A stretch of 64,000 bases of DNA from Octopus vulgaris (Eukaryota), in assembly GCA_951406725.2 (NCBI GenBank), contig OX597826.1, positions 55,738,001-55,802,000 on the forward strand, read 5' to 3'. The notes below the pieces were generated by a model. It made no database searches. It had not been told where the DNA came from and was given only the letters and a program-made list of their open reading frames with translations. Below, one piece after another: positions 1 to 10,926 of this stretch; positions within the stretch are counted from its first letter, which is position 1, and the number at the start of each line of letters is the position of its first letter. Both the position numbers and the translations under genes were made by a program.

Positions 1-54
1 TATATATATATATATATATATATACATGCGTGCGTTGTATGTGAGTGTATGTAT

Positions 55-258
55 GCATTTGTACTCCAAGACTGCTTGACAACCAGTTTTGGCATGTTAA
101 TTTTCCTATAACGTAGTGGTTCGGCAAAATAGAGCGATAGAATAAATACAAGATTTTCAAAATAGAAAATACTACGGTCGCGTCATTCGACTAAAGAATT
201 CTTCAGTGCGGTGCCCCAGAATGGTCGCAGTCTAATGACTGAAACAAGTAAAAGATAA
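55..258 (+). mobile_element. SINE family A, 3' half (diverged)
   Basis: Matches the 3' body of full copies (gcttgacaacc...ggttcggcaaaa...gcagtctaatgactgaaacaagtaaaagata). Confidence 0.8.
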
Positions 259-716
259 ATGGCTGAGATGCAAGTTATTCCTTTGACGCCCATTTTAAAC
301 GTATTTAAGACAAAGCTTACAGAAGGACACGTAACACGTGTTTGGTATTTATACTCGTAACAGAGTGATCACTGCTACAAGCATTCAGAGTAGAATATGA
401 GAAGTCTGAAGCAGCCATTGTAGCATCGTTCGTTGGACACTGATTTAAGAGACGTTTTGACATTTCTCTCGTTCTCCCTACTACTCTGTTTGTGTGTGTG
501 AGCATATTTCTCCTTAAGTGTGATGTGAGGGAAAACGTTTATGCTAATCATGTTCAATTACTCTATTGAAATCTCTCTCTCTCTCTCTCTCTTTCTCTCT
601 TATTTCTCTATCTATCTATCTAGCTATCTAGCTATCTGGACAGTTGTATATTCACTGCGGAAGTATCGTGTTCCTGGGGTATGTGGATCTGTTGGTAATT
701 ATATGCATATGGTTGT

Positions 717-776
717 GTTATGCTGATGAAGAGAAATAGATTCTCTCTGTCATTCCGAAATCAATTGATCCATAGC
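717..776 (+). ncRNA. Type-I hammerhead ribozyme motif with truncated stem II, PLE-LTR-like
   Basis: Stem I gttatg/catagc (6 bp). Core CTGATGA 723-729, GAAA 757-760, palindromic stem III ATCAATTGAT, AUC site ending at 770. Stem II lacks part of its 5' arm. Confidence 0.65.
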
Positions 777-1024
777 TGAACCTATTCATGAATCTTTTCG
801 TTTACTTCCTCGCTTTCAGTGCTTTTTATATGAGGTAGTTTTGCATCATTTCGCATCTTCTTTTAGCATGTGGCTTAGTCTATCGTAAGACTCAGTTTTT
901 ATCCCTTAATATGGTTTTATAAATATAATTATAAAATTATACATTCTATTAAATTTTAAACATAATTCGTTATTACATTCTGGCTACTTGATGAAATCAA
1001 ATATAGAGGTTATCCTTAATTTTA

Positions 1025-1172
<148 letters not shown>

Positions 1173-1327
1173 AATAGGTGAATGAATTATCCTATGTTTA
1201 TCGTCAGCATGGAAAATTCGTTTAACCGAAACCTGGGTAGCAAATTCACGTCAGAAACACGGTTGAAGCAACCTGTCCAAGGGTAGAAACTCCGGGTTCA
1301 TGTGCAGAAATTTGTGTGTTGTATATG

Positions 1328-1534
1328 AATAAATGAAAGAATGGAGTCGAACGTAGATGTTAACAAAATTCCTTTACTCTCGACATATGTCGAGGCTCCC
1401 TTTCTTTCCTGATGAGAAGATTGCATAATGCACCCTTTATTCCTTTGGAATGAAAACATGTTGTCTTCGAAACATATGTCGAGAGTAAAGGAATTTTGTT
1501 AACATCTTCGTTCGACTCCATTCTTTCATTTATT
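1328..1534. mobile_element. Fold-back mini-element with 63-bp inverted arms enclosing a hammerhead, PLE-derived
   Basis: 1328-1390 is the reverse complement of 1472-1534 with one mismatch. (TA)n follows directly. Confidence 0.8.
1399..1491 (+). ncRNA. Type-I hammerhead ribozyme, apparently intact
   Basis: Stem I 1399-1408/1481-1491 (10 bp, one bulged U). CTGATGA 1409-1415. Stem II GAAGATTGCAT/ATGTTGTCTTC (1416-1426/1458-1468). GAAAC 1469-1473, palindromic stem III ACATATGT, GUC site ending at 1480. Confidence 0.8.
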
Positions 1535-1909
1535 TATATATATATATATATCTGTGTGTGTGTGTGTGTTTATATATGTATGTATGTATATATGTATGTA
1601 TGTTGTGTCTAAGGAGAGTCATTATGCAAATCAGATACATAAATGGAATATATATATATATATATATATATTGATAAAAATGGTAAGACAGCAAAAGAAT
1701 GAAAGAGACCTCGATATTATATAAATGGAGGAATTTATCTGTAAATGTAATATGTGACAATTATTCGGTAGCCATGATAAAACTCCGAGTTTCGGATGCC
1801 GTCATCTCTTCAGTTAAGGGCTAATACACCTTATTTTGGAAAGTCGCCAGACATCGGTTGAGGACCCTGCCCCGTAGAAGAATTCAATGTGGACGCCTAC
1901 TACATCGAT

Positions 1910-2017
1910 TATTCTATGAAAAACATACCTATACCAACAAGGGAACTATACTCTAAGAAACTTTTGGAGATTATTACAGACCTGATTATGCGCATGAGAT
2001 GGAAAGCTTTTTTTTTA
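1910..2017 (+). pseudogene. PLE ORF N-terminal fragment
   Basis: Translates YSMKNIPIPTRELYSKKLLEIITDLIMRMRWKAFFF, resembling the YSxKNIPIP...RMRWKA N-terminus of Penelope-like ORFs (recognised from memory, not searched). Confidence 0.65.
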
Positions 2018-2031
2018 TAACATGGAAGAAT

Positions 2032-2102
2032 GGCCGGATAACTGAAGAGATAGCGGCGAGGATTTTCACGTCGGCATCCGAAACTCGGAGTTTTATCATG
2101 GC
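2032..2102 (+). ncRNA. Hammerhead-like motif (variant)
   Basis: Stem I gataa/ttatc. CTGAAGA 2042-2048, GAAAC 2080-2084, stem III ACTCGGAGT, GUU site 2090-2092. Stem II is imperfect. Confidence 0.55.
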
Positions 2103-2384
2103 TACTGAATAATTGTCACATATTACATTTACAGATATATATATATATCTTATTTATCGATATACATACTCACGTGTTTCAAACAATAAGTACTATTCGA
2201 ACGTTAACACACATCCCCCCCCACACACACACACAGAGAAACCTACATACACATCCCGAAATATTCAGTTACATAGATACAAATCTTTAATTCTATAAAC
2301 TCAAAATAAGATTTATATTAACACACACACGAACACCAACAACATCAGCACACAGTTCTCCTGGTTCTACAAAAATGCACATAT

Positions 2385-2602
2385 ATGTATCAATGTATAT
2401 ATGTATGTATGTATGTATGTACGTATGTATGTATGCATGCATGCATGCATGTATGTATGTGTGTTTGTATGTATATGTGTGTGTGCGTGTTGGTGTGCTC
2501 ATATATATGTCTGTGTGTGTAAATATGTATGTATAATGCATGTAATTATATGTATAGGTATATTTATATATATGTATGTATGTATCGGTATATACATTTT
2601 TG

Positions 2603-2666
<64 letters not shown>

Positions 2667-2950
2667 TACAAACATATATATATATTTATGTATATATATA
2701 TGTTTGTAAGTATGTATGTATACATATGTGAGTGTACATAAATGTATATATAGATACATACATACACGCACATGTACGTATGCATATGTATGCATATACA
2801 CCTACATACATATATACGTGTATGCGTGCGTGAGAGTGTTTTTCTGTGTATGTATTATTGCATCCAAGTATGGGCATGTGTTTGTGTTTGTGTGTATGTG
2901 CATAGGTGTATGTGTGTGTGTGTACGTGTATGTAACTATATATGTATATA
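2385..2950. repeat. Compound TA/TG/TATG low-complexity tract
   Basis: Seen directly. Confidence 0.9.
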
Positions 2951-3459
2951 TGTATCCGTGCGTTACTATATACCCTATGAAATGCTTCGCTTTAGAAATT
3001 CTCTCTTTATAAATTTCTCTATTTTTCTCGAAGTTTCTTCACTTTTCTGTCATCTGCAACATTTCCAAGAATTTTGAAGAATTTTTGCCTGAAGTTTATT
3101 GAGAGGAATGCATCAGCATTTACGTATAGAATTTTTCAATTCTTTCATTAGGATTGTCCTTGCAGTGAATATTTTACACATGAAAGAAAATATTATAAAA
3201 TAGCAATGTGAAACAAGCAGATACAATCTATTGGCGAAGTTTATATCCCGAAGAATTCTTCAACGATTTAATACTTTATAAGATGTCATTTGAGTACATT
3301 TAAGAATACGCTACTGTTTCTACAACGGCGCTGTTCTGTCGTTCTACCATTCTGTCGTTCTGTTGTTCTGTCGTTCTGTACTGTTATACATACTCTTATA
3401 TCTGTCTCGTTTGTAACCTTGTAAATTTCAGTGTATATGCACACGCAAAGATCGCTTAC

Positions 3460-3828
3460 AATCCTGTGAAACCTCGTGGTTTTGAGGTTCGATTCCACGG
3501 AGCAGCATCTTGGGCGAGTATCTTCGATTACAGTTCCGGACCGACCAACGACATGTGAGTGAATTTGGTAAAAGAAAACTAAGTGAAAGCCCTGCACATG
3601 TGTGTGTCTGTGTGTGTGTGTGTATGCGCACGTGCCTGTGTGCTTCTATGTGTATGCTTGTCGCCTCTTCACGACTTGTGTTCGTTTGTTGATGTCCCCG
3701 TTGCCTACTAGTTCGGTAAAAATGATCGACATAAATACCAGACTTTAAAAATAGTACTGGATTCGATCTGTTCCGATAAAACCCTTCAAAGTGGTGCCCC
3801 TGCTTGGCCGCCTTCCAGTAACTGAAAC
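3460..3828 (+). mobile_element. SINE family A (old, diverged)
   Basis: B-box-like ggttcgattcc, cttgggcgagt, internal (TG)n, and tail ...ttccagtaactgaaac. Confidence 0.7.
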
Positions 3829-3854
3829 ATGTATGTATGTATATATATATATAT

Positions 3855-4086
3855 GTTTCTTTATTACCCACAAGAGGCTAAACATAGAGGGGACAAACAA
3901 GGACAGACAAACGGATTAAGTCGATTACATCGGCCCCAGTGCGTAACTGGTACTTAATTTATCGACCCCGAAAGAATGAAGGGCAAAGTCGACCTCGGCG
4001 GAATTTGAATTCAGAACGTAGCGACGGGCGAAATACCGCTTAGCACTTCGCCCGGCGTGCTAACGTCTCTGCCAGCTCGCCGCCTT
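3855..4086 (-). mobile_element. SINE family B (tRNA-derived)
   Basis: Reverse complement of ggcggcgagctggcaga...aattcaaattccgccgaggtcgactttgcc...tgggtaataaagaaa. Many copies occur in the window. Confidence 0.9.
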
Positions 4087-4092
4087 ATATAT

Positions 4093-4530
4093 AGGCGTGG
4101 CTAGGTGGTAAGAAGTTTGCATGCCAACTCCATGGTTCCGGGTTCAGTCCCACTATGTGGCAACTTGGGCAAGTGTCCTCTGCTATAGCCTCTGGTTGCA
4201 AAAGCGTTGTGAGTGGATATAGTAGACTGAAACTGAAAGAAGCCCGTCGTATATGTTATTGTATGTTTGTGTGTGTGTTTGTCCCTCCTTCATCGCTTGA
4301 CAACCGATGTTGGTATGTTTACGTCACAGTAACTTAGCGGTTCAGCAAAAGAAACCGATAGCATAAGTACTAGACTTAGCATAAGTACTAACGTAGTGGT
4401 TCGGCAAAGAGACCAATAGAATAAATACTAGGCTTACAAAGAATAAGTTCTGGGGTCGAATCGTTCGACTAAAGCTGGTGCTCTATCATGGCCGCAGCGA
4501 AATGACTGAAACAAGTAAAAGACTAAAAGA
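4093..4530 (+). mobile_element. SINE family A with internal duplication
   Basis: A-box-like tggctaggtgg, B-box ggttcagtccc, standard body and tail gactgaaacaagtaaaaga. Duplicated tagcataagtacta. Confidence 0.9.
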
Positions 4531-4577
4531 ACAACAGAATATATATTTAACGTCATAAAAATGTATAAACTTCAAGA

Positions 4578-4740
4578 GAATTTGAAAGACATTGTAGCAG
4601 CGTATATTGGATTTTAGAAAAAGAAACTCATTGGTTAGAAAACGCTGAAGGCTGCCCGTAGAACCCAAATCCTCATTTCCTCTAAGCATTTGCGAGTTTG
4701 TGGGCGCTGTATGAAAATCCATGTCTTCTAACAACTCATC
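4578..4740 (+). pseudogene. Possible highly decayed PLE GIY-YIG endonuclease remnant
   Basis: One frame reads AAYIGF*KKKL...SKHLRVCGRCMKIHVF, loosely parallel to the clearer copy at about 21050-21349. Confidence 0.3.
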
Positions 4741-6255
4741 TAAATTAGAAACCTGGGGCCCGCGTTCTCTGCCTCTGCCTCTTTTACATCTTTCAATTAA
4801 GGACCTTTATTGTTTTCCTACATACCCATCTCTTTTCCTCTCCAGCTATCTATCCTTTTCTTATCTTTCTACTTAGTGGCTACCTAACCACATCCACTTT
4901 ATTTGTATTTTGGGCGTCCCTTTCACAAGCTGAAATTTTCATTTGTCATTTGATTTTGTTTTTGATTTTACTTTTTTCTTTTTAGCGATTGGCCATTTTT
5001 TCTCTGACTTATTCGTTCACTCTTTTGCTTACCACTTGGGGCAATGCATACTTCGTTGAGAAGTGATGATCAAAAGATTAACTCAGCTGCGTTGTGTTCG
5101 TTACTACATACGTAACGGACTTCAGATAGTTATGAAACAATTGTAGTCGATATGCTATCTGTTCCATTGATAATATTTTTATAGTGATCAAAAGTGTTCA
5201 CTGCATATTAACCCACTTTCGCCCCGAAAAATAGCAGAAGAACCAGTGATAAGGGAAAGTGAATAATTTTACGTGTCCTTTTGCAGTGCGAAATACACAT
5301 GTACATGTATGTAACTATATGTGTATATATGCATCCGTGTGTAACTATGTACTCTGTGAAATGCTTCGCTTTAGAAATTCTGTCTTCATAATTTCTCTAT
5401 TTTTCTAATTTTACGTGTCCCTTTGCAGTGAGAAATACACTAAATTCAAATGTCTCTGAAACCACACTATACTACCTTATGAAGGAAGACCATTTTGGGT
5501 AAAACGCAGTACGGCATATATTATGACGTCTGAGAATAAAGATCTATGTTTCGCCTGAGAATAAGACAAGGTGAGAAAAGTTAAGGTGTTTTTGACTCTA
5601 TTTCTGCTCCATGAAATCTTGCCTGGAGTTAAAAATAAAAACAAGAACACAGATATAAACTATCCCTCACACTTAGTCTATACATTAATGTAGCAGCAGC
5701 ATCAATGAATTCACTACATGAAAACATGTTATACAAGAACACACGAGACAAATGACCGTTGCACAAGGACAACATCTGTCCATTAAACCTATCTCCATTT
5801 TAGACGTCAACAGAACTTATACAAATATACGAAATCTGGACGTTATACCAAACGTGGCCGTGATTGAATGGTTTAAAAATGAACTTTTTACTACATGACA
5901 TCAGGTTAAATCCTATTATTTTCTGTTATAACTTCGGTTTAAAAAATGTCTTGCAAGGATTTTATCCACATTAAATATTCCATCGTTAAACCAGACAACA
6001 ATTAGTACAATGAATGGGTAGAAATAGAGCTCCATATTTAGATAGCTAACAATCTGAATATCCCTTGCCAATTGAATATTTAGATAGTTAACTATCGAGA
6101 CCAATGATTCTCAGCCATTGTTTTATTAATGACCCTCTTTATTCGTATTTTACTCAAGTAGACCTCGGTAGCCATTTCATGCTTAAAATGTCCAATCATA
6201 TTTTTATAATTAAATATTATAAGATATTGTTTTAAAAAATTATCAAAATTTACAT

Positions 6256-6400
6256 AAGAAGTTTATTTCCCAGTGACATGGTTCCGAGTTCAGTCCCTCT
6301 GCGTGGCACCTTGGGCAAGTGTTTTCTACTATAACCTCGGGCTGACCACGACCTTGTGAGCGGATTTGGTAAACGGAAACTGAAAGAAGCCCGTCGTATA

Positions 6401-6487
<87 letters not shown>

Positions 6488-6710
6488 CTATGTATGTGTG
6501 CCTGTGTTTGTACCTCCATCACCACTTGACAACCAGCGTTGGTGTGTTTATGTCTCTGTAAACAAGTGGCTCGGCAACAGAGACCGATAGAATAAAGTAC
6601 TAGGCTTAAAAAAAATAAGCTCTGGCGTCGATTCATCTGACTAAAAATTCTAGGTGGTACTCCAGCATGCCCGCAGTCAAATGACTGAAACAGGCAAAAG
6701 ATAAAAGATA
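6256..6710 (+). mobile_element. SINE family A
   Basis: B-box gagttcagtccc, gcaccttgggcaagtg, long internal (TA)n(TG)n, standard tail. Confidence 0.9.
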
Positions 6711-6750
6711 TATTATTTTGTGTATTGAAGGAGTATAATCAATTTATTAC

Positions 6751-6787
<37 letters not shown>

Positions 6788-6790
<3 letters not shown>

Positions 6791-7000
6791 TCTTTTACTC
6801 TTTTACTTGTTTCAGTCATTTGACTATGGCCATGCTGGAGCACTGCCTTTAGTCGAGCAAATCGACCCCAGGACTTATTCTCTGTAAGCCTAGTACCCAT
6901 TCTATCGGTCCCTTTGGCAGAACAGCTAAGTTACGGGGACGTAAACACACCAGTATCGGTTGTTAAGCGATGTTGTGGGGACAAACACAAACACACAAAC

Positions 7001-7053
<53 letters not shown>

Positions 7054-7054
7054 C

Positions 7055-7109
<55 letters not shown>

Positions 7110-7250
7110 GTGTATATACTAATTCTACTCACAAGGCTTTGGTAGGCCCGAGGCTACAGTAGAAGACACTTGCCCAAGGTGCCACACAGTGGGACTGAAC
7201 CTGGAACCATGTGGTTTGTAAGCAAGCTACATACCGCACGGCCACTCCTT
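6788..7250 (-). mobile_element. SINE family A
   Basis: Reverse complement of a near-full element. Confidence 0.9.
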
Positions 7251-7584
7251 GCACATAAATTTTAACAACAATATCTTATATGGACCATCAAGTGCCATAC
7301 GGACCCGGTTGAGAACCTCTGATCTAGATGACTATATATCTTACTTTCTAGATAGCGATATAGCTAATAATATAGATAGTAAGGTGGCTAATTTTCTAGA
7401 AAGCTATGTAGGGGGCTTTACAGCTTAGCAGACAAATGTGAGTTTACTCACAGAGATAGAAGACACGCATATATTCTGAAAGCCTCATTAACATCTATTA
7501 TTGTTAAATCAAACCAGTCAGGTGTTATCAAAAGGGAGAGTGGCGAGTATGTAGAACAAATGGATCAGAGAATGTAAGGAGCAA

Positions 7585-7770
7585 AATCTTGACGAAATTA
7601 CACCTATTGATGCTTTGAAGAGAGTAAGGACAAGGTTCCTGACTTGAGATGATAAGCTTAATAAAATTAGAAAGTAAATAGCTGGAATAGATATTGAATG
7701 ATTTTACAATGGGTTGTTAACTGTCTAGAGTGAAGAAAAGTAATTTTCTGGGTGAATGATCACTCAGCTG
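7585..7770 (+). pseudogene. Possible very decayed CR1/L2-type reverse transcriptase fragment
   Basis: Pieces read DEITPIDA, KDKVPDLR and WVVNCLE*RKVIFWVNDHS, resembling the AFDKVPH...WIxNWLxxRxQRVxVNG region. Confidence 0.3.
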
Positions 7771-7910
7771 TGAACGTCCAAGAAAAGGATTTTAATAATT
7801 CCGAGTTTCGGAGATCGTTTATATGACAATGGACACTGCAAATGCAGAGTAATTAATGTTGGCCTACATAACTTTAACTAAGAAGTGCTAACATGTATGC
7901 TGTATGTATG

Positions 7911-8012
7911 TATGTATATAAATCTACATGTAACTATGTGGTGCTTGTATATACATATATATATATATATATATACAAGCACCACATAGTTACATGTAGA
8001 TTTATATACATA
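7911..8012. repeat. Perfect 43-bp inverted repeat around a (TA)n loop
   Basis: 7911-7953 is the exact reverse complement of 7970-8012. Confidence 0.9.
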
Positions 8013-8068
8013 TATATACATACATATGTATATATATATACACACATATATATATATATATATATGCG

Positions 8069-8142
<74 letters not shown>

Positions 8143-8251
8143 TATACATACATACATACATGTATACACAACTATGTGTGTATATGTTTGTGTGTACATA
8201 TGGGCTTACGTATGGGTGATTCTGTGTATGTGAGTGTTTGTGTGCGTGTGT

Positions 8252-8322
<71 letters not shown>

Positions 8323-8329
8323 TTATATA

Positions 8330-8394
<65 letters not shown>

Positions 8395-8395
8395 G
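8013..8395. repeat. (TA)n/(TG)n compound microsatellite
   Basis: Seen directly. Confidence 0.95.
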
Positions 8396-8619
8396 TAGTT
8401 GTTCGACTCACTATCTCTCCTTTTTCCATTAACAGACAAAGGCTGTTCTTCCTCTCATTGGCTCCCTCGTTGACAATATGGAGCATCAGTTTGGCAATAA
8501 CCAAAGCTCCGCCTACTAAACATTGACGTAAACCGAAGGGCAACAGATCCGGCCTATGCGATGGGCGGGGTTCACTGACCACCCCACTTTGCCGATTGCC
8601 TGATTTGTCGTCAAAGATG

Positions 8620-9165
8620 TCTGTGGTAACACATTGTCATTGTTAATGTGAATCGTTTTCAGATTCTTGTTCGGTCACTTCATTCTAATGGATTCTATAA
8701 GCTTTCTGGTTGTCTCAATATACCACTAGCTGCTACTGATATAGCCATTCTTCAGGAAATCAAGGATCAAGGAAAATGATGTCCTTGTAAGCCTCCAAAG
8801 CAATCACTTCGACATTTGCGCCGCTTGCAGGCTCTTGAGGTTTACCTCTATTCCATGGACCGAGGTTTCGTTTCATGATCATAAAAATCCAACCACGTTT
8901 CATCCCTTAAAACACTTCCAGCAGGTACATGAACGTTTTCTCCCTTTTCTGTTTTGATTCGGGTGTCAAGTACCGAGGTACCCAATTTGCACGCATTTTC
9001 TCGTGCCCAAAGTCTTCCCCCTTCTTCGGTAACGGATTCTGGCCATTGTTCAGTTGTGAAAAAAGCTCGCGGATTGTGACTCGTCTGTCCAAACGAATCA
9101 GATCGTCCAGTCGGTGGTCATTCATTGTCAACGGTAGCAGTTGATGGTTCCCAACTGCGTAGTTT
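8620..9165 (-). mobile_element. Decayed mariner transposase fragment (irritans-like)
   Basis: Minus strand reads LIRLDRRVTIREL...ANWVPRYLTPESKQKR and DETWLDFYDHETKPRSME (WVPxxL and GDETW mariner motifs), with frameshifts. Confidence 0.8.
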
Positions 9166-9221
9166 GTGGTCATTCATTGTCAACGGTAGCAGTTGATAGT
9201 TCCCAACTGCGTAGTTTGTGT

Positions 9222-9520
9222 AAGTGGTTAGGGCAGCGGACTCGCAGACGGAGTATCGCGGTTTCCATTCCCAGACCGGGGCGTTGTGTGTGTTTATTGA
9301 GCGAAAACACCTAAAGCTCCACGAGGCTACGGCAGGGGGTGGTGGCGACACCTGTTGTACTCTTTCGCCCCAAATTTCTCTTACTATTTCTTCCTCTATT
9401 TCTTGGGTGACGCTGCTATGGACTGGCGTCCCGTCCAGCTGGGGGGAACACATACGCCACAGAATCCGGGACACCTGGCCCATGAGCCTGGCTAGGCTTG
9501 AAAAGGGCGCGTAAATAAAT
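9222..9520 (+). mobile_element. SINE family C (tRNA-derived)
   Basis: agtggttagggcagcggactcg...ggtttccattccc head, atggactggcgtcccgtccag motif and tail ggcttgaaaagggcgc. Matches the copy at 29334. Confidence 0.85.
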
Positions 9521-9605
9521 GTGTAGTTTATCTTGTGATACTGGTTTTCTCATCTTTAATTGTATACATCCATCTGTCTATATATACCTTATCAATAACG
9601 TCATA

Positions 9606-9992
9606 TCTTTTATCTTTTATCTTTTATCTTTCATTTGTTTCAGTCACTTGACTGCGGCCATGCTGGGGCACCGCCTTAAAAGGTTGTAGTCGAAAAATCG
9701 ACCCTAGGACTTAGTATTTTTTTAACCATAGTACTTATAACATCGGTCCTTTTTGCCGAAACGTTAAGGCACGGGGACGTAAAAACACCGGCGGTGGAGG
9801 ACAAACACAGACATACACGCACATACACACACGTATACGTCGGGCTTCTTTCAGTTTCCGTCTACTAAATCCACTCACAGGGCTTTGGTCGGCCCGAGGC
9901 TACTGTAGAAGACACTTCCCAAAGGTGCCACGCAGTAGCACTGAACCGGAAACCATGTGGTCGAAGCAAGCTTCTTACCACACAGCCACGCC
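9606..9992 (-). mobile_element. SINE family A
   Basis: Reverse complement of a full element with a (TCTTTTA)n tail. Confidence 0.9.
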
Positions 9993-10848
9993 AGATTTTT
10001 CTGTGGAGATTTAAGAGCATGACCACTCCTCGTAAAAAACTCAATGCAGGCACATTGCATCAGTTTTCAGACCATTATTTGCCTACAATGAAGATCAGAA
10101 CAACAAAAACAAAAGACTTATTATAGAGGGAGAGTGCTCTACCTATAATTACAATTTGAAAAACCTGTCAATTAATGAAATATTTTGCTCACTTTTGCAA
10201 TACTTTCGGCGCAGACGTGTTCGTTACTTTGAATAGATATTAATAATAAATTTTACCTAACATCCCTAACTTAATGAAATACAGGTTTGCGGGAAATGCT
10301 TCATATGTTTGGATACATATACTAAATACTATTAATGATAGCTATTACATCCCAGTATTTTCGTCCTACCTATGTACTAATGCATAGCGACATGTCATAG
10401 TTAAAATTTACCTCCCACGTTATGCTACTGAGGTAGCTAACAATACCCGCATTACGTATTTAGAGATGTTTCAGACACCATTGTAAGTCTTCTTTACGAT
10501 AAACCCTGCAATGTAGGACATTGTAATTCTTCTTTTGTAACAGAACTCCGCAATTAAATTACACGTCATTATACTTTCTGTTCACGATAGATTGTACAAT
10601 ACAACGAAGAAGAACAGGCTTCATGAAAAGAAAAAGAGTACATGTTGATAATGTTGTTAGTCCTCGATAGATTAGGAGTGAATAAAATAAACGGGGTGGT
10701 CATGGCATGATTGAATTTGATGATAGTGATGCTCGATTTTTACTGAACTAAAGTACAACAGAACCTAAAAGTATGACAAATAACGAAAACATATTCTATC
10801 GCAGCATTAAACAAAGATTTAAAGCAGAATGCTTTTAACTAACGATTT

Positions 10849-10926
<78 letters not shown>

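Larger units (their letters stand above)
1670..2137. mobile_element. Penelope-like element remnant: inverted pLTR copies around an ORF N-terminus
   Basis: 66-bp inverted repeat 1736-1801/2072-2137 (one mismatch), plus 1804-1815/2040-2051. (TA)n on both sides. Confidence 0.75.
6102..7321. mobile_element. hAT-type MITE interrupted by two SINE-A copies
   Basis: Termini caatgattctca...ggttgagaacctctg. Imperfect 8-bp TSD atcgagac/atctagat. Similar to the copies at 35516 and 50438. Confidence 0.7.

Noticed and set aside
1175-1310. Hammerhead-like pieces (GAAACCTGGGTA, TTGAAGC...GAAACTCCGGGTT, minus-strand CTGACGA)
   Set aside because: Probably scrambled PLE LTR, but no complete core and stem set can be assembled.
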